DNA from: Diadema antillarum
Lineage: Eukaryota
Reading direction: 5' to 3'
NCBI RefSeq assembly: GCF_040938485.1
Contig: NW_027271426.1
Span: 1,674,001 to 1,738,000 of the forward strand
DNA: 64,000 nt
This document shows, piece after piece, positions 26,251 to 39,819 of the stretch. Every line of letters starts with the position of its first letter. The stretch's first letter is position 1. The position numbers and the translations under genes are program-made. The notes under the pieces were generated by a model that was given only the letters and a program-made list of their open reading frames with translations, had not been told where the DNA came from and did not search any database.

Positions 26251-29200
26251 TCATCGTTGTGTCGTATAAATAAACAATACAACATAACGTATTTTTTCAC
26301 CATAGAGTAAGGATACTCTTCAGAATCATCGAAGTGCATTTCTGAGAGATTTTTTTGATAATATTAAGTCCACAAACATGCAATGCATCATTTTGGACAA
26401 GCATAAGGGGAAAGTAGTATGTGAATGAATATACACTGTATTATGTTTCGTATAATATGGAGTGCCATCCACCGGTCCACATTAGCATTTTGATTGCCAG
26501 CGGAGCGTATTGCAATATAACAATACAAATTTACGAAATTTACCGGGAAAAAGAAAATGGATTAAAAATGGAGAAATGGAAACAAGTCGTTGTAAGCATA
26601 CTCTGTGAATTTATCATGAATTACGCTATATTTCTACAAGTAGATCCTTGCATTTGTTTTGCCTGTTTGTGCAATGAGTTTCATCAAAATTCGCAATATG
26701 CATTTTTTTTTCTTTATTCGGTAAAAGACTTTTTTTTCTGTTAAGTTCCTCAATGCAGTTGTGAAAAAAAATTATCCTCATCTTCGTCGATTTCGACATA
26801 AAAGAAAATGGAATATTTGTCATTATAATAACAAGTCATTTTGCCCTAAAGCCCTATCATCCACCCATGTTGCGCTTCGCAAAAATAATCACACGCCCAA
26901 TAGAGGAGTTGTCTTTATCCTCCCAAATCGCTTCAAAGTCAGCTTGCGTTACTGGTTGAGCTATAAGTCTTATCTCTCATTAATTTTAACAAGGCCACCC
27001 ACGTCAATAAGAAGCTGTGTTCGGAAAGCTCGCGAAATCAAAACATATTAGGATAACAAGATCCTTTGTAGAATAACGTAAAAGAATATGTAAATGAATT
27101 TACGTAATGATTATAGATTGAAAACACATTCATGGAAAAATAGCAGATCATGCATATAGTATATATGACATATAAATGGCCATAATGAATCAAAATGCAA
27201 ATTACACTTTGATAAGAAATTGAGAGCCGAATGCATCCATATTTGGTGAAAGTAAAAATTATTAGACTAAGAATCGGTATTTACACTAGAAATACAACAC
27301 AAAAAGAGAATATTTAACAAATTGCGAAATGTTAACATTTATTTCTAATAGTATAAGTAATGCTGCTCTTTTCCTGTATCATGAACTATCAATGTACAAT
27401 AAAGTTTAGAACTTTCTAATTCAAACACATTAATTTTCCCAGGTTAATCATCACTATAACTGAATGATTAGAATACGTATGATAATGTCTACTCACGTGT
27501 TGATTACATGGATTCTATTATTTCTAACGCAAACATTATACTTTCCGAATAAATCTAGCAATGGACCCTTTTAATTTCAGGAAAGAAATCTGCAAATTCT
27601 TTAGATTGAGGACAATCATCAGGCTTGACCCTACACGCTGATAAAAACTGCCCTTAGAGCTTCAAATCTATATGGTATATACATTTGACATGACAAGACT
27701 GTTGTCTCGTAGAAAGAGTATACAAAACGTACAGTAAATATTAAGAAATCCTGTATGGTCGCTGCTTTTGAAATATATTGTTATGTAGGGGCCTAACTGT
27801 TGATTTGTGTACATTGTGATATCATTTAATCAGTAAAACAAATTCCAATAACCGACATGAAAGTATAGTCAGCGATGGTATCGACAATAAGTAGTGGATC
27901 CGTGAAATACTGACGTCATCTCTGTTTTTAGGACAGAAGATGTCGACATACAGAGGTTGCCATCTGGACCTCGTTTTCTTCTGTCTTATTTCCTTTTATA
28001 CTCCCTCGCATGTCATCATGGCTATAGATTAGCATTTACAAAGGACTTCAGGCGAGCAATCTGAACCAGACGTTAGTGTTATTTGAATTTTGAACGCAGC
28101 CCCCGCACAGTTTTGAAATCCCTCGCAATTACTTACCGGGGAAAAGTCCCGACAAATACGCTTGTACTAGAGAGTCACAACACAAACGATCTTTTAGCCT
28201 TTAAAGCACACATACGACTGTTATGGTGGCACCGTCGGCATAGGAAATCGAAAAAAGAAATATTCATCATGATTACCCTGTATCTTTCATGCCCTCCCAC
28301 GACTCTCTCGAAGCGGAAATGCACATATAAACATCTATGAAGAGAGAGATAGGACAAGATTGTGATAAGGTATTTACATGAGGAGAAGGTTTAATCCTGA
28401 GAACGCTGAGAAAATGCACATTAACTACACGAAGAAATAAATGCCTTTGCCGATCAGATCGGCCGGGAATACTCAGCAGTGTATACCACAAATGGGTCAA
28501 GTGCTCAAATATGCTGTATCATNNNNNNNNNNNNNNNNNNNNNNNNNNNNNNNNNNNNNNNNNNNNNNNNNNNNNNNNNNNNNNNNNNNNNNNNNNNNNN
28601 NNNNNNNNNNNNNNNNNNNNNNNNNNNNNNNNNNNNNNNNNNNNNNNNNNNNCAACCTTCACCATGAAAGTGTATACTCAGTAGTTAGAAATTGTCCATG
28701 ACATATTGCGTGTTATCATGTTATCCTTCACAAAACAGTGCAAAAGGCGAACCGTCTGTCTGTAATATTTATTAGTTAAAGGACAGTTTGAAAAATGGTC
28801 TGTACGACGCGGGGTGATACATTACATTAAAATTTAATTCATGGCGCTATTGCAAATGATTGGCAGGGTTTCGTTCTTGTTTGGTGTAATTTTAACAACA
28901 ACATCAACCCTTTGCTTGCACAATCTTGTACTTTGGATTCAAAACAATACTTTCAAAGGTGTCAGTGCGTTGTCTATTTATTTATTACTCAAGATAAGAT
29001 CTATTTTACATTGTACATTGTCATACTGAATTTCAACCAAACTGCGTTGATTCCGTTTAACGCTATAAAATCCATATTTTCATTCGTCACCGTTATTGCT
29101 GGTTGCCATGGCAAACGTAAACTGACAACAATTTCAGTGAGATTTTGCGTGTTTTTCTGTTCCAGTTTCAGTTAACAATGTGATAATGGATGAAATGGGG

Positions 29201-29815
29201 TGTTTCTTTGCTGTAATGTGATGAATTAAAAAACAAACAAACATGAAGTGATTATTGTTGTGAATGGCCCTGAAATGTTTTCCTATTGTTTCCTTTATCT
29301 TTTATGTGACATAGGCATCAAATAAAAGACATGATAGACTTAACTTAAAAAAACAGTATTTTTAAAAGATTATCATTTTGTGTCATTTTGAATCTTTCAC
29401 AAAAGTTTTGCCTGTAGTATCATTTATTGAAATCATCTGCAAACTAAAAATTCAAACATTATGGAAAAATAAAATATGATAACGATACACGTACCTATTC
29501 CAAACAATACATCATAGGTCTCATAATATGTGTCATTATGCTCTAATGAATAGCATCCCCATAATGACGAGTGATGACCCTGAGAAATCTTAACCAAGAT
29601 ACACAATGAAGTTTGACTTGATTTTGGTTTGTGGCAAGAAAATTATTGGTCCAACATAAAGACATACACTCTGAATAAGAAAAAAATATATAAAGAAAAA
29701 TCATGTTTTTAGCATATTTCCTATGTATTTCTTTATATTTTGGTAAATACCGCCCTCAATGGATGACCTTAGGAAAGTTCAAGTGTAGGGTCATGGGGCA
29801 GAGTTTGAGTTGCTC

Positions 29816-29961
29816 TACGCATGTGCCAAATATGACCGTGATACATCAAGTAATACAGAAGATATTATGGGTAGGCATAATGTGCCAAATACGCATGTGC
29901 CAAATATGACGGTGATACATCAAATAATACAGAAGTTATATGCGGAGGCATAATGTGCCAA
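29816..29961 (+). repeat. 74-bp direct tandem repeat (2 copies)
   Basis: TACGCATGTGCCAAATATGAC(C/G)GTGATACATCAA...GGCATAATGTGCCAA at 29816 and 29890. Confidence 0.9.
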
Positions 29962-31129
29962 CCCCCCCCCCCCCACCCCTTGGGCCTGGGAAGGGTCAAA
30001 ATAGCTTGGGCTTTATAGGGTTAAGCAATACAAAAATCATTCCTGTATCATTTTGAAAAACAAACAAACAAACAAACAAACAATTGACCATACATTTAGG
30101 CATTATTTGCAGTCACTAACTGCGGTTTCATTTAACCCAATCCTTACAACAATAACAACAACAACAACAATAACAACAACATAAACAACAACAATCTGAA
30201 ATGCCTCAGTGTACACAGGCATCAAAAAGATTCCGTGGGCAATTGCTTAAAGAAATGCATAGAAATTCAAAACAAAAAGATGTATAGGTCTACACGTGCA
30301 AAACCATTGTGGTCCCCTCCTTAAAAGAAAAAAACAAACAAACATAAAATCAAAAAAGAATACACACATAAACGTAACGATACGTTCTTGTCGGGGAAAG
30401 CGTATTGCCAATTCAACAATGTCTCTTAGTAATTTTCAGGAATAAGATTTGAAAAAGATGCACATACACATTCTTTTTTAACAACACATTGACGCTGTGT
30501 GCGTCTTGAAGGTCATTTCTTTCCATTTTTTTTGGAAACATTTTCATTAAGAATTTTTCATTAGAAAGAAATCCCAATGGTACCGGTGACATAAAGCGCG
30601 TGTGCCGTGCACGAAGTCTACAGGAAATGAACTCGGTCTATCGGAGGCACAGCTAGGGTTTAATTGTAAATGCATTATGAAGACGTGCGCAGTCTCCCCG
30701 AAACATTTCAATGAATATAAAGAAACTGTCTTGCTGTTGCTTTCTCTTTTGTGTCCGAGAAAATATTATCGTATAAGTTACTTATCAAAACAGAACGATA
30801 TGAGAAAAAGTCGAGTTTGCCTTGCCACTTTAATCTTGACGAAGTGAAATGTTAACCCATACTCTTTGATCTTTAAATAGGGAAGAAATTTTGTCTAATA
30901 ACTGCACCCATTAATAATTTCTTAACATTCTAGTGCTAACCTCCGGGCTTATTGATCGTCTTCTTTTTTTCCTTTTTACTTTCAGCTTATTCCCGCCATC
31001 CGCTGTCTGTGCCTCCATTAGAGAGTGAAATTGACTCTCAATGCCGAATTCTCGCCGCGTGCACACTGGTGTAGTTGGAGGACGCTCTCTTCATAATATT
31101 TATATATCGATTCGCGGGGCACCTATTGA

Positions 31130-31259
31130 AATCTCCCCATTGTTGGGACGGAATGATAATGCGATTATAGTAATCGCTCTTTTCCTCTTTTCATTCCCCC
31201 CATCTCAAATCCATCGCCATCAAGTGGCAAGTGTGGCAAGATGAGAGCTTAACAACTCA
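31130..31259 (+). other. Candidate 5' non-coding exon of the GPCR transcript (start approximate)
   Basis: TATA-like tatttatata near 31097-31106 and consensus donor TCA|GTAAGT at 31260. Confidence 0.4.
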
Positions 31260-31719
31260 GTAAGTATCACCCTTTCGCTGCTGCCCCCCCCTCCACTTAG
31301 TACATATATCCGGCTCGCCAAGTTTTAATGATTTATCATAAAACTCAGTCGTGCCTATTCGTTGTTGTTTCTTTCAACTCTCTTTTTTTCTCTTCATGGT
31401 GACGATATGAATAAGGACCAATCAAATGGCTCGCTCTTGGCTCATAGTCATTCCAGGTGCCTCTTTACCTCGATGGATGACACTATGATAGTATCATGAT
31501 ATTTTAATGTATAGTTGAGAGGGAAGGAAAAGCCCTGACCTTTGACACATTTGGAAGCACGTACTCGTAATGATGTTGGTCTCAACTTACCTACCTTTCG
31601 TTTCCTAGATCGTATAAAAGGCAATGGAACCCGAGCTATAATGCAATGCTTTTCGGGCTCCGGTTCTCCGTCAAACCTTCAACACTGGTTTTATCTATTT
31701 AATCATTTTTAAATTTCAG

Positions 31720-31771
31720 GAAATTCAACGCTTCTGCGCTGCGTGAATGAAGAGTGCCTTGGAATTAACAG
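31720..31771 (+). other. Candidate internal 5'UTR exon (52 nt) of the GPCR transcript
   Basis: Acceptor ttttaaatttcag ends at 31719 and donor CAG|GTGAGT at 31772. Linkage to the GPCR is inferred from position only. Confidence 0.55.
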
Positions 31772-32371
31772 GTGAGTTCGGTGGGATTTTCCAGCAATTT
31801 CTTTTGCTCTCTGCACAATCCGCCACATTGCATGCAGGTTCCAGTAATGTTCTGGCTAGTACAGTTGAATTATTAAGATTGATAGAAAGATATTCAAGCT
31901 AAAATATTAAAAAAAAAAGAAAAAAGAGATTTGTGTGTGGTAAACTAGCAATCTTTAATTTTCAGATTTTGTTATTATCATCACGTTTTTCCTAAATACT
32001 TTACCTCGGAAATCGCTTCCTGAATATTTTTTTCCTTCGTTTTATACAGTTTAACCACATTTTTGAAAGCAGCACAACGAAATTACGATAACCGCACATC
32101 AGTCATGAATATCATTCAGAATGTAGCGATATTACTTTGCATAAACTCTGTACTGAATCCTGATTTATTCATCATCAAACACTTGTGATATCAAAATATT
32201 ATGCTTACGCGTGGTATTTAGACTTGTCAGATTAATTTGCATGGCTTCCCATAATCTCATTTTTTCTAACATTCTTACATAGCAAAGGGCAAAAAAAGAA
32301 AAAGAAAAAAAAGAGGCAGATTCCACCTTTCGCCGGAAGCTCTAATACGTCACTCTACCAGTGTGACTTTA

Positions 32372-32765
32372 TTAAAGGGATGGTATAGTATTGGTTGAGG
32401 AGAGGATTCAACTTGTTACGTCTTGCGAGATACATACAAACTCCTTTATGAAACCTTTATAAAGAGCGTCCAATTCTTAGAGAAATTCAAATTTCACTTG
32501 ATTGAAATCGAGCAGAGATATCCAAAATCAAAGTAAAAAAAAAAAAAAAAAACCCGATCCTAATAAAAAGTGGGTCCCACCTCTTATTAGGATCGCTTGT
32601 TTTGGATATCTCAGCCACTTAAAAACAAATTTAAGTCAAATAAACTTTGTATTCCTTTTAGAATTATATGCTCTTTCATGTGAGAAGTTTCTCATTTCAT
32701 AAGCCAGAATATCATCAAAAGAAGTCGAAAAAGTGAAACCCCATCTCATCCAAAACTGTACCATA
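32372..32765. mobile_element. Kolobok-like MITE family A, copy 3 (right end eroded)
   Basis: TTAA-AGGGATGGTATAGTATTGGTTGAG left end; right end CCATCTCATCCAAAACTGTACCAT lacks the terminal bases. Confidence 0.8.
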
Positions 32766-33534
32766 CTTGTGATTGTCCTTTACGATGTTTGTATCACTAA
32801 CAGCTGACTTGTCATTGCGTCACTTCTCATTACAACAAGGAAATTAAAGCTGCGCAAAAAAAAAATGAGATCAAATGGCAAGCAATTGTAAAAGCTTATG
32901 AGAAAATGAGTTTCAAGAACGAGAATGAAAATAGGCCACTGTAATGATGACAACTACAATACGTGACGATCGCTCTTTCTCTGTCCTCGGGTACCGAATG
33001 GACTTTTCTTCACCTTCCAAGGAGATTTTCAAATCTCGTCAGGAAACGGTGTAAATAACAGATATCACATCCGGAGTTGTACAACTTCTCACGTTTAAGG
33101 GAGGACAAACTCAACATTTACTGAAATGACTGATGGTTTTGATTACACATCTGTGTTTGAAGCTAGGAACTGAGAAGAATTACGTAGAAACTGTAAACTC
33201 AATCCGCTTTAAAGGGAGGGAAACAAAAAGAAGGAACATTTTGGTTTCTATGAAGGCGAATCTGAAAGGTGTCAATTATCCTTTTACTGATTTCATGGAA
33301 GAAAATAAATAAAAAAGACGAAAGTATAACACACTTTATTCTGTAGCTACTAATAAGTGTATACTAATTGTAAACTATCTCTCCTTGGCTAATTGTAATT
33401 AGTCAATATGTGACTTAATTAGTTTATTAGTCGCTCTTTCATCCCGTGTTTTCTATAAAGGCAAAAAAAAAAAAACACTGGTAAATAAAAAGTATTTAAG
33501 AACAAGACTCCACCATCAAATCGAATAGCAAGCG

Positions 33535-35802
33535 TTCGAAGCCATGTCGTGGGCATGTAATCGCTGTAGTTATTTGTTTATCTATATTTTTTGAGGGGGA
33601 TTCTTAATTTATAGGGCGAAAACTGTAGTATCTGAAATCATCGATATATAATAACTGTTACGTCATCATTTTTTTTTTCTTCTGCGTTGATACGTAGATG
33701 TGGCTGACCTTATGTTGACGTTTTCATTAACTCGAAGATGGCTTCAACTGCTCACTGAATTCGGCACATTTTAAGAGGTGTTTTTGCTGAGTATTATATT
33801 CTATACCTAAGCGCATATTTATCATGCACAAAGTGAATTTCATGTATGGAGAATCATAGCCAATTATCATAGGGCATTAAAGTCCACTAAAATATGTGGA
33901 TAGATTCGGGCAGAAGGCTTGCTAGATTTGATAATATTTTCTGAATCATTTTGTGATGCTGAAGCAAAATCGAATCTGTCAACAAGAACCTGCATTTCCC
34001 CACAGTTTCAGCAATGCTGTACATTTTCCTTAAAAGCAAAGCTTTCTCGAGATTTCTTTTTCCAAGAGTAGTAAATGTTGACCGCACTTTGGATAACACT
34101 CGGTGAGGGAAGTTAATTGGTCCTGACTCAGCCCCTACCCTTTCTTTCGCATACTGCCCTATCTACCAATATTTATGTCTTAGCTGGGTTTTTACGCGGG
34201 TAAAAAATCGTTGGTACATCACTCACACACCTTTTATTAGCATTAGCTCTCCCCCATTTTTTTTTTTGTACGGCTTGAGGCATGTAATGAGCGATAGAAA
34301 TCAATGTTCACACTATAGCCGCGAAGGACGACATGAATAAGTTACAATGTGCATTTGATGTATATAATGTATTATGGAAATATAATATAATTAAGCCATA
34401 TACAGTGGCGCAGCATTGTTATGAGCCCTGCAGATTTTTCCATAATGTCAACGCATTTCATTTCAAATTTCCCTTTATTTTATAGTAACCATAGTGACAT
34501 AGGCTAATCATTGGCTCCAGTCTCGTTTTGAGAAACATCGACCTTGGCTACGAAAAAGGGACTAATGATGTTCACATACTTTCAAAACATATCATATATC
34601 TGGGCCCCGTTTATAATTCATCAAAAGATACAATCGATTATAAATTCCCTTACTACACAGGCTGCCATTCGAAGCCATGTCGTGGGCATGTAATTACGCT
34701 GTAGTTATTTGTTTGTCTATTTATTTTTTTTTTGCGGGGATTCTTAATCTATAGGACGAAAACTGTAGTATCTGAAATCATCGATATATAATAACTGTTA
34801 CGTTCCCATTTTTTTTTTTGCTTCTGCGTTGATACGTAGATGCGGTTGACCTTATGTTGACGTTTTCATTAACTCAAAGATGGCTTTAACTGCTCACTGA
34901 AATTGGCACATTTTAAGAGGTGTTTTTGCTGAGTATTTATTCTATACCTAAGCGCATATTTATCATGCACAAAGTAAATTTCATGTATAGAGAATTACAG
35001 CCAATTATCATAGGGCATTAAAGTCCACTAAAATATGTGGATAAATTTGGGCAGAAGGCTTGCTAGATTTGATATGTTATTTTCTGAATCTTTTTGTGAT
35101 GCTGAAGCAAAATCGAATCTGTCAACAAGAACCTGCATTTCCCCACAGTTTCAGCAATGCTGTAAATTTTCCTTAAAATCAAAGCTTTCTCGAGATTTTT
35201 TTTTTTTCCAAGAGTAGTAAATGTTGACTGCACTTTGGATAACACTCGGTGAGGGAAGTTAATTGGTCCTGACTCAGCCCCTACCCTTTCTTTCGCATAC
35301 TGCCCTATCTGCCAATATTTATGTCTTAGCTGGGTTTTTACGCGGGTAAAAAATCGTTGGTACATCACTCACACACCTTTTATTAGCATTAGCTCCCCCC
35401 ATTTTTTTTTTGTACGGCTTGAGGCATGTAATGAGCGATAGAAATCAGTGTTCACACTATGGCCGCGAAGGACGACATAAATGAGTTACAATGTGCATTT
35501 GATGTATATAATGTATTATGGAGATATGATATAATTAAACCATATACAGTGGCGCAGCGTTGTTATGAGCAATGCAGATTTTTTCATAATGTCAACGCAT
35601 TTCATTTCAAATTTTCCTTTTATTCTATAGTAACCATAGTGACAGAGGCTAGTCATTGGCTCCAGTCGCGTTTTAAGAAATATCGACCTTGGCTACAAGG
35701 GACTAATGATGTTCACATACTTTCAAAACATATCATACATCTGGGCCCCGTTTTATCAAAAGATACAATCGATTATAAACTCCCTTGCTACACAGGGTGC
35801 CA
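33535..35802 (+). repeat. Head-to-tail tandem duplication: 33535-34667 (1133 bp) and 34668-35802 (1135 bp)
   Basis: Both units start TTCGAAGCCATGTCGTGGGCATGTAAT and end CTACACAGG(C/G)TGCCA; colinear with scattered substitutions and small indels. Confidence 0.95.
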
Positions 35803-36543
35803 TAGACTTATGATAGAAATCAACTATATAATCACTTATAACTCTTCATAAAACATGGCCCAGGGAGGACGTGGCTTTCCAGAAAATTGTTTCAGCGTTT
35901 GACTTGCTCGTCAGCTTTAAAATTTCTTTTTTCTTCCTATATTCTTTTCCTGTGAATCTTTCCCTCATTATGGCTGTTCAGCGTGAGTCCAAGTTTATAT
36001 GGGACGTGCATGACTGAGACGAGGCCATTAGAGATTACGTAACGAATGAATAAAAAGAAGAAGAGTATTTTGAATGCAGGCATTAAAACAAAATCTCTAA
36101 TTCTTTTTATTTAAACAAAGTAAGACAGATTATGGTAATAATTTACTAAGATATCAACGCGTCCTTGTTGTCTCATATTGATTATATTGATAAACAAACA
36201 AACAATCAATAAGACAGTCATCACGAGGCTCCGACGTCATCGGTGCATTGTTCATTATTTGTTTTTTAAACCAAAGTTTTCTCATTGATTTCTGTTCAAT
36301 ATCAATATGAAACGTCACACCACTGAAACATCTTGCGTGACAGAAGAAGTCGGGTATTTTAATGGGAAAATCAGGATACATTCATCAAATATAACCGCAA
36401 GAATTCAGAATCACAGGACGAAGACTGCTATCTTGGCAATAATGTTTGGACAAAAATGTGCATGACGCCATGTCAGATGTTTAGTACAGACACTCAACAG
36501 TCACAAGCTTTCTGTACGTTCTTTCCGATTTCTGTCTGAGTTA

Positions 36544-36555
36544 CAGGGGCGGATC

Positions 36556-36587
<32 letters not shown>

Positions 36588-36727
36588 CGCAACCGGCGCA
36601 CGCCCCCCTTATTTTTCGTTAAAAACAAAAGAAATAAAAAGAAAAAAATGAAATGAAATGAAACCCGGAAGTGGCACCAGAAATATTAGTCACGCCCCCA
36701 TTTACAGAATTCCTGGATTCGCCACTG
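36544..36727. mobile_element. Short TIR element with a poly-G tract
   Basis: CAGGGGCGGATCC ... GGATTCGCCACTG ends; target-site duplication ambiguous. Confidence 0.7.
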
Positions 36728-36986
36728 GAGTTTTACTGTAGTGATTGCGTTACTACAGCTCGATCTGAAACTGAAAATGCTGTAAACTGAAGTTGTTCGA
36801 TTTACGTGATCTGGTTTTTATTTTTTTCAAAGAAATACTTGATAGATGTTTCACTTTACAAAAAAAAATCTTTTTAGTAGATTATGAGCGATTAATGATG
36901 ATTTTCATGGAAACTGAATTCTTGACTTGCTTCACCTTATCCCACTGTTTCATCCGTAGGGCAAAAACGAGAAACCTTCACATACC

Positions 36987-38093
36987 ATGGCACAGTACGA
37001 CAATGTACATGTAGATGTTGCAACGGAAGCGCAACTACTCGACTATGAGCTGACAGGCAGTGACAGTAATACCTTGACAGCTATAACCGTGACACGATCT
37101 TTCCCGTGGTCATGGAACGAAATGATGTGGTCCTGGTACGAGATCTGCGAGTTGGTTACCAGCATCCTCGGCATTTCTGGAAACCTCCTCGTGGTCATCG
37201 TCATCTTCTGTCGTCCATCGCGAGGCCGATCAACGGACATCCTTGTGGGAAACCTGGCGATCGCAGACTTTCTGACGTCGTTGTTCCTCCTTCCGTATCC
37301 TACGGTGAGGACCATGCCGATGTCGTTGGCGGGGTCGCTCTTCTGCAAGTTCATGCGCGGCGATTATTTCATGTGGACGTCGGTCACGGCGTCCATTTAC
37401 GGTCTGCTGACCGTATCGTTGGACCGGTTCCTGGCCGTCGTCTACCCGATCCGCTTCAAGAGGCTCGTCACTCGGGGACGGGTCTCCCTGGTCATCATGT
37501 CTGTGTGGATCTGGGCGGCCCTGTCCATGAGTCCGGTCCTCTTTATCAACAAGGTGGACGGCGCCACTGGAGACTGCATCTTTACCATGCCGAATCGAGA
37601 ACTGGACGTCACTTTCGGGCTGTACACCTTCGCCGTCCAGTTCGCCATCCCGACGGTTACCATGCTATGTTCACAGCTCGCCATCGTCCGATCCCTAAAC
37701 CGCGCCGCTACGAGGTTCAAGACCGGCGACGCCCAGAGGTCGACGGCGTCGTTCCACACAGCTGCCCGTGATCGAGTGCTAACTCTCACCTTTACCATCG
37801 TGCTGATCTACGTACTCTGCTGGTCACCTAACCAGATCGCTTTCCTCGCCTACAACCTCCGGATCATCCCGGCCACGTACCTCTACAGTCCTTTCAACCG
37901 AGTCTCGATCGCCATTGCCTTTTGCAATTCCTGCATCAACCCCTTTCTCTACACCCTCCGCCACCCTCGGTTCCGCGATGCGGTGCGATCGTTCTTTGGG
38001 GGAACCAGCACGAGTACCGCGCCCATCTTTGAGGAGCCAATGAGTCAGAAACCTCGTTCCACCCAAGATGTTTTCACCCTGGATGTTAAGTAG
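36987..38093 (+). CDS. Rhodopsin-like (class A) GPCR, 368 aa, single coding exon; galanin/allatostatin-A-receptor-like orphan
   Basis: Seven hydrophobic segments with class A motifs in order: GN (TM1), LAIAD (TM2), C3.25 in FCKF, DRF, W4.50, ECL2 Cys, FAIP (TM5), CWSP (TM6), NSCINPFLY (TM7) and helix 8 FRDAVRSFF. Preceded by a pyrimidine tract and TAG acceptor ending at 36959. Confidence 0.96.
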   Translation: MAQYDNVHVDVATEAQLLDYELTGSDSNTLTAITVTRSFPWSWNEMMWSWYEICELVTSILGISGNLLVVIVIFCRPSRGRSTDILVGNLAIADFLTSLFLLPYPTVRTMPMSLAGSLFCKFMRGDYFMWTSVTASIYGLLTVSLDRFLAVVYPIRFKRLVTRGRVSLVIMSVWIWAALSMSPVLFINKVDGATGDCIFTMPNRELDVTFGLYTFAVQFAIPTVTMLCSQLAIVRSLNRAATRFKTGDAQRSTASFHTAARDRVLTLTFTIVLIYVLCWSPNQIAFLAYNLRIIPATYLYSPFNRVSIAIAFCNSCINPFLYTLRHPRFRDAVRSFFGGTSTSTAPIFEEPMSQKPRSTQDVFTLDVK

Positions 38094-38842
38094 GCCCTTC
38101 TCCTTTCATTAAAAAGAATAGAGAAAGAGATAGCGGGAGGCCATCAGCAGTCTTGTTGAAAAGCGGATTTCTTTCAGGCCTAAATGTATTTCAGAACTCA
38201 CCTAGAAAGAATTGATGATTTTAATGCCCAGATGTTAGATGATAACAAGTATAGGCTAGAAATGTGCGAAGTTTATACTGTCATGCAATCATTTACAATA
38301 CTTGAATATCTTATGAATTGCAAAAACAATAGGAATCATCTCAAAATTGCTGGAAAACAACTGTTAGCCTTTTGCCGTCCATGCTCAATAATAACTAAAC
38401 AAACATTCTTGAACAGATTAGCAAGTTAGAATCGTGAAATGCGTCAAATGCCGTGTTCCTCGTAAAAAGTGTTGATGTTCTATTTAGAATACTAATCCCT
38501 GCACACTAAGGTCAAAATTGTTATTTGAAAACAATTTCCTACATTTGAATCATCCTTTTCACCTCTCCCTCTATGTACTAATTTGAATCACGTTGGAATA
38601 TCTATGTATAAATGGAATATTGGAGAACTGTCTATCATATTTTCCTCAATGTTTGTTAGAAATAAAACACTGATCATTGATGATCATCGGTGATATTCAT
38701 ACTTACCCTAAAAAACAAAGCGGATCCAACCACTTTTCCACGTTCGCACTATTTTTGCTCCTAAGGCATTTCCTGCTATTGGCGCCTCATTTTGGAATAA
38801 TTATATTCTGTTCTGATTCAGCCAATTTCTGTGAGTTCCTTC

Positions 38843-39232
38843 TTAAAGGGACTGTACAGTATTGGTTGAGGTAGGGATTCATGTTTTGAACATTCCTAAG
38901 TAAGATAATGAAAAGCCTCTTGTGAAATATGAAAGAACATGTAATCTTAAGAAGGATTCAACGTTTATTTGATGAAAATTGGTTTTCAAATGGCTGAGAT
39001 ATCCAAAAAAGTGCTAATAATTAAAGGCGACATGCCCCAACTTTATTAGGATCTCTTTGTTTCACATTGTTTTTGGATATCTCAGCCATTTCAAAACCGA
39101 TTTTCATCTAATAAACTTTTGATACCCATTAGAAGTGCATGCTCTTTGACATCTCATAGAGTGGTTTCTGAATATCTCGCAAAACGTTAAAAGCTAAATT
39201 TTCACCTCGACCAGAACTGTACAACCCTTTAA
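38843..39232. mobile_element. Kolobok-like MITE family A, copy 4
   Basis: TTAA-AGGGACTGTACAGTATTGGTTGAGG ... CCAGAACTGTACAACCCT-TTAA; internal sequence shared with the other copies. Confidence 0.85.
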
Positions 39233-39591
39233 TTTCTTCAAGGTAAGTCTCAAAGCCAGTTTCTTAAGAATATAATGTTTAATTGTCCTATAACCTGTTC
39301 ACTGGAATTATCATTGTGTGTTTACAATGAAGTTTCCCGCGGGTGACTCAATTTGTTTGACCAAATTGATTTGACAAGCTTTGTGACCTTACGTTTACGT
39401 TTGTAATCACAAGCACTGTGTCATTTTTCGTGTGTTACGTAAAATACATTATCGACATTTAGTTTCTTGTATGTTTTTTTCTTTTTTTTTCATCAGTACG
39501 TTGTAGCAAACCCTAAAAATCCTAATCTTGGATACCTGCATTCTACAAGCTTCTACTTTTTGTAAAGCTTCCAATATGGTTAAAGTGCATT

Positions 39592-39819
39592 CTTCCGGAG
39601 GTTCGTTATTCCGAAAGTTCGTTTTTCTGAAGGTTCATAATTCCGAAAATGCAATAAGGTTCATTATTTCGAAGGTTCATTAATCCGAAAAGAAGAAAAA
39701 AAAAGAGGGTTTGAATATCGAAGGTTCGTTAGTACTCAATTTTTCACCCTATGGATATAAGAACCTTCAGAATAGCAGACCACTTTCCATCTTCCGATTA
39801 ACGAACCTCCGGAATAATG
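39592..39819. repeat. Foldback-like element built of GGTTCGTTATTCCGAA subrepeats, copy 1
   Basis: Degenerate 16-mers forward on the left and reverse-complemented on the right. Confidence 0.75.

Noticed and set aside
28131-28140. ACTTACC resembling the U1 snRNA 5' end
   Set aside because: No U1 stem-loops or Sm site follow; it is simply a minus-strand GTAAGT donor-like motif.
33887-35851. ORFs inside the tandem duplication (33887-34099, 35063-35368, 35459-35851)
   Set aside because: Frames are not preserved between the two copies (indels and stops), which argues against coding function.
37043-38066. Long alternative-frame and antisense ORFs over the GPCR (37106-37771, 37442-37798, 37043-37354, 37824-38066)
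   Set aside because: Shadow ORFs expected from the GC-rich codon usage of the real gene; no recognisable motifs.
36987-38093. High GC of the GPCR as a sign of horizontal transfer
   Set aside because: The exons of the spliced fusion gene are similarly GC-rich, so this is the host's coding bias.
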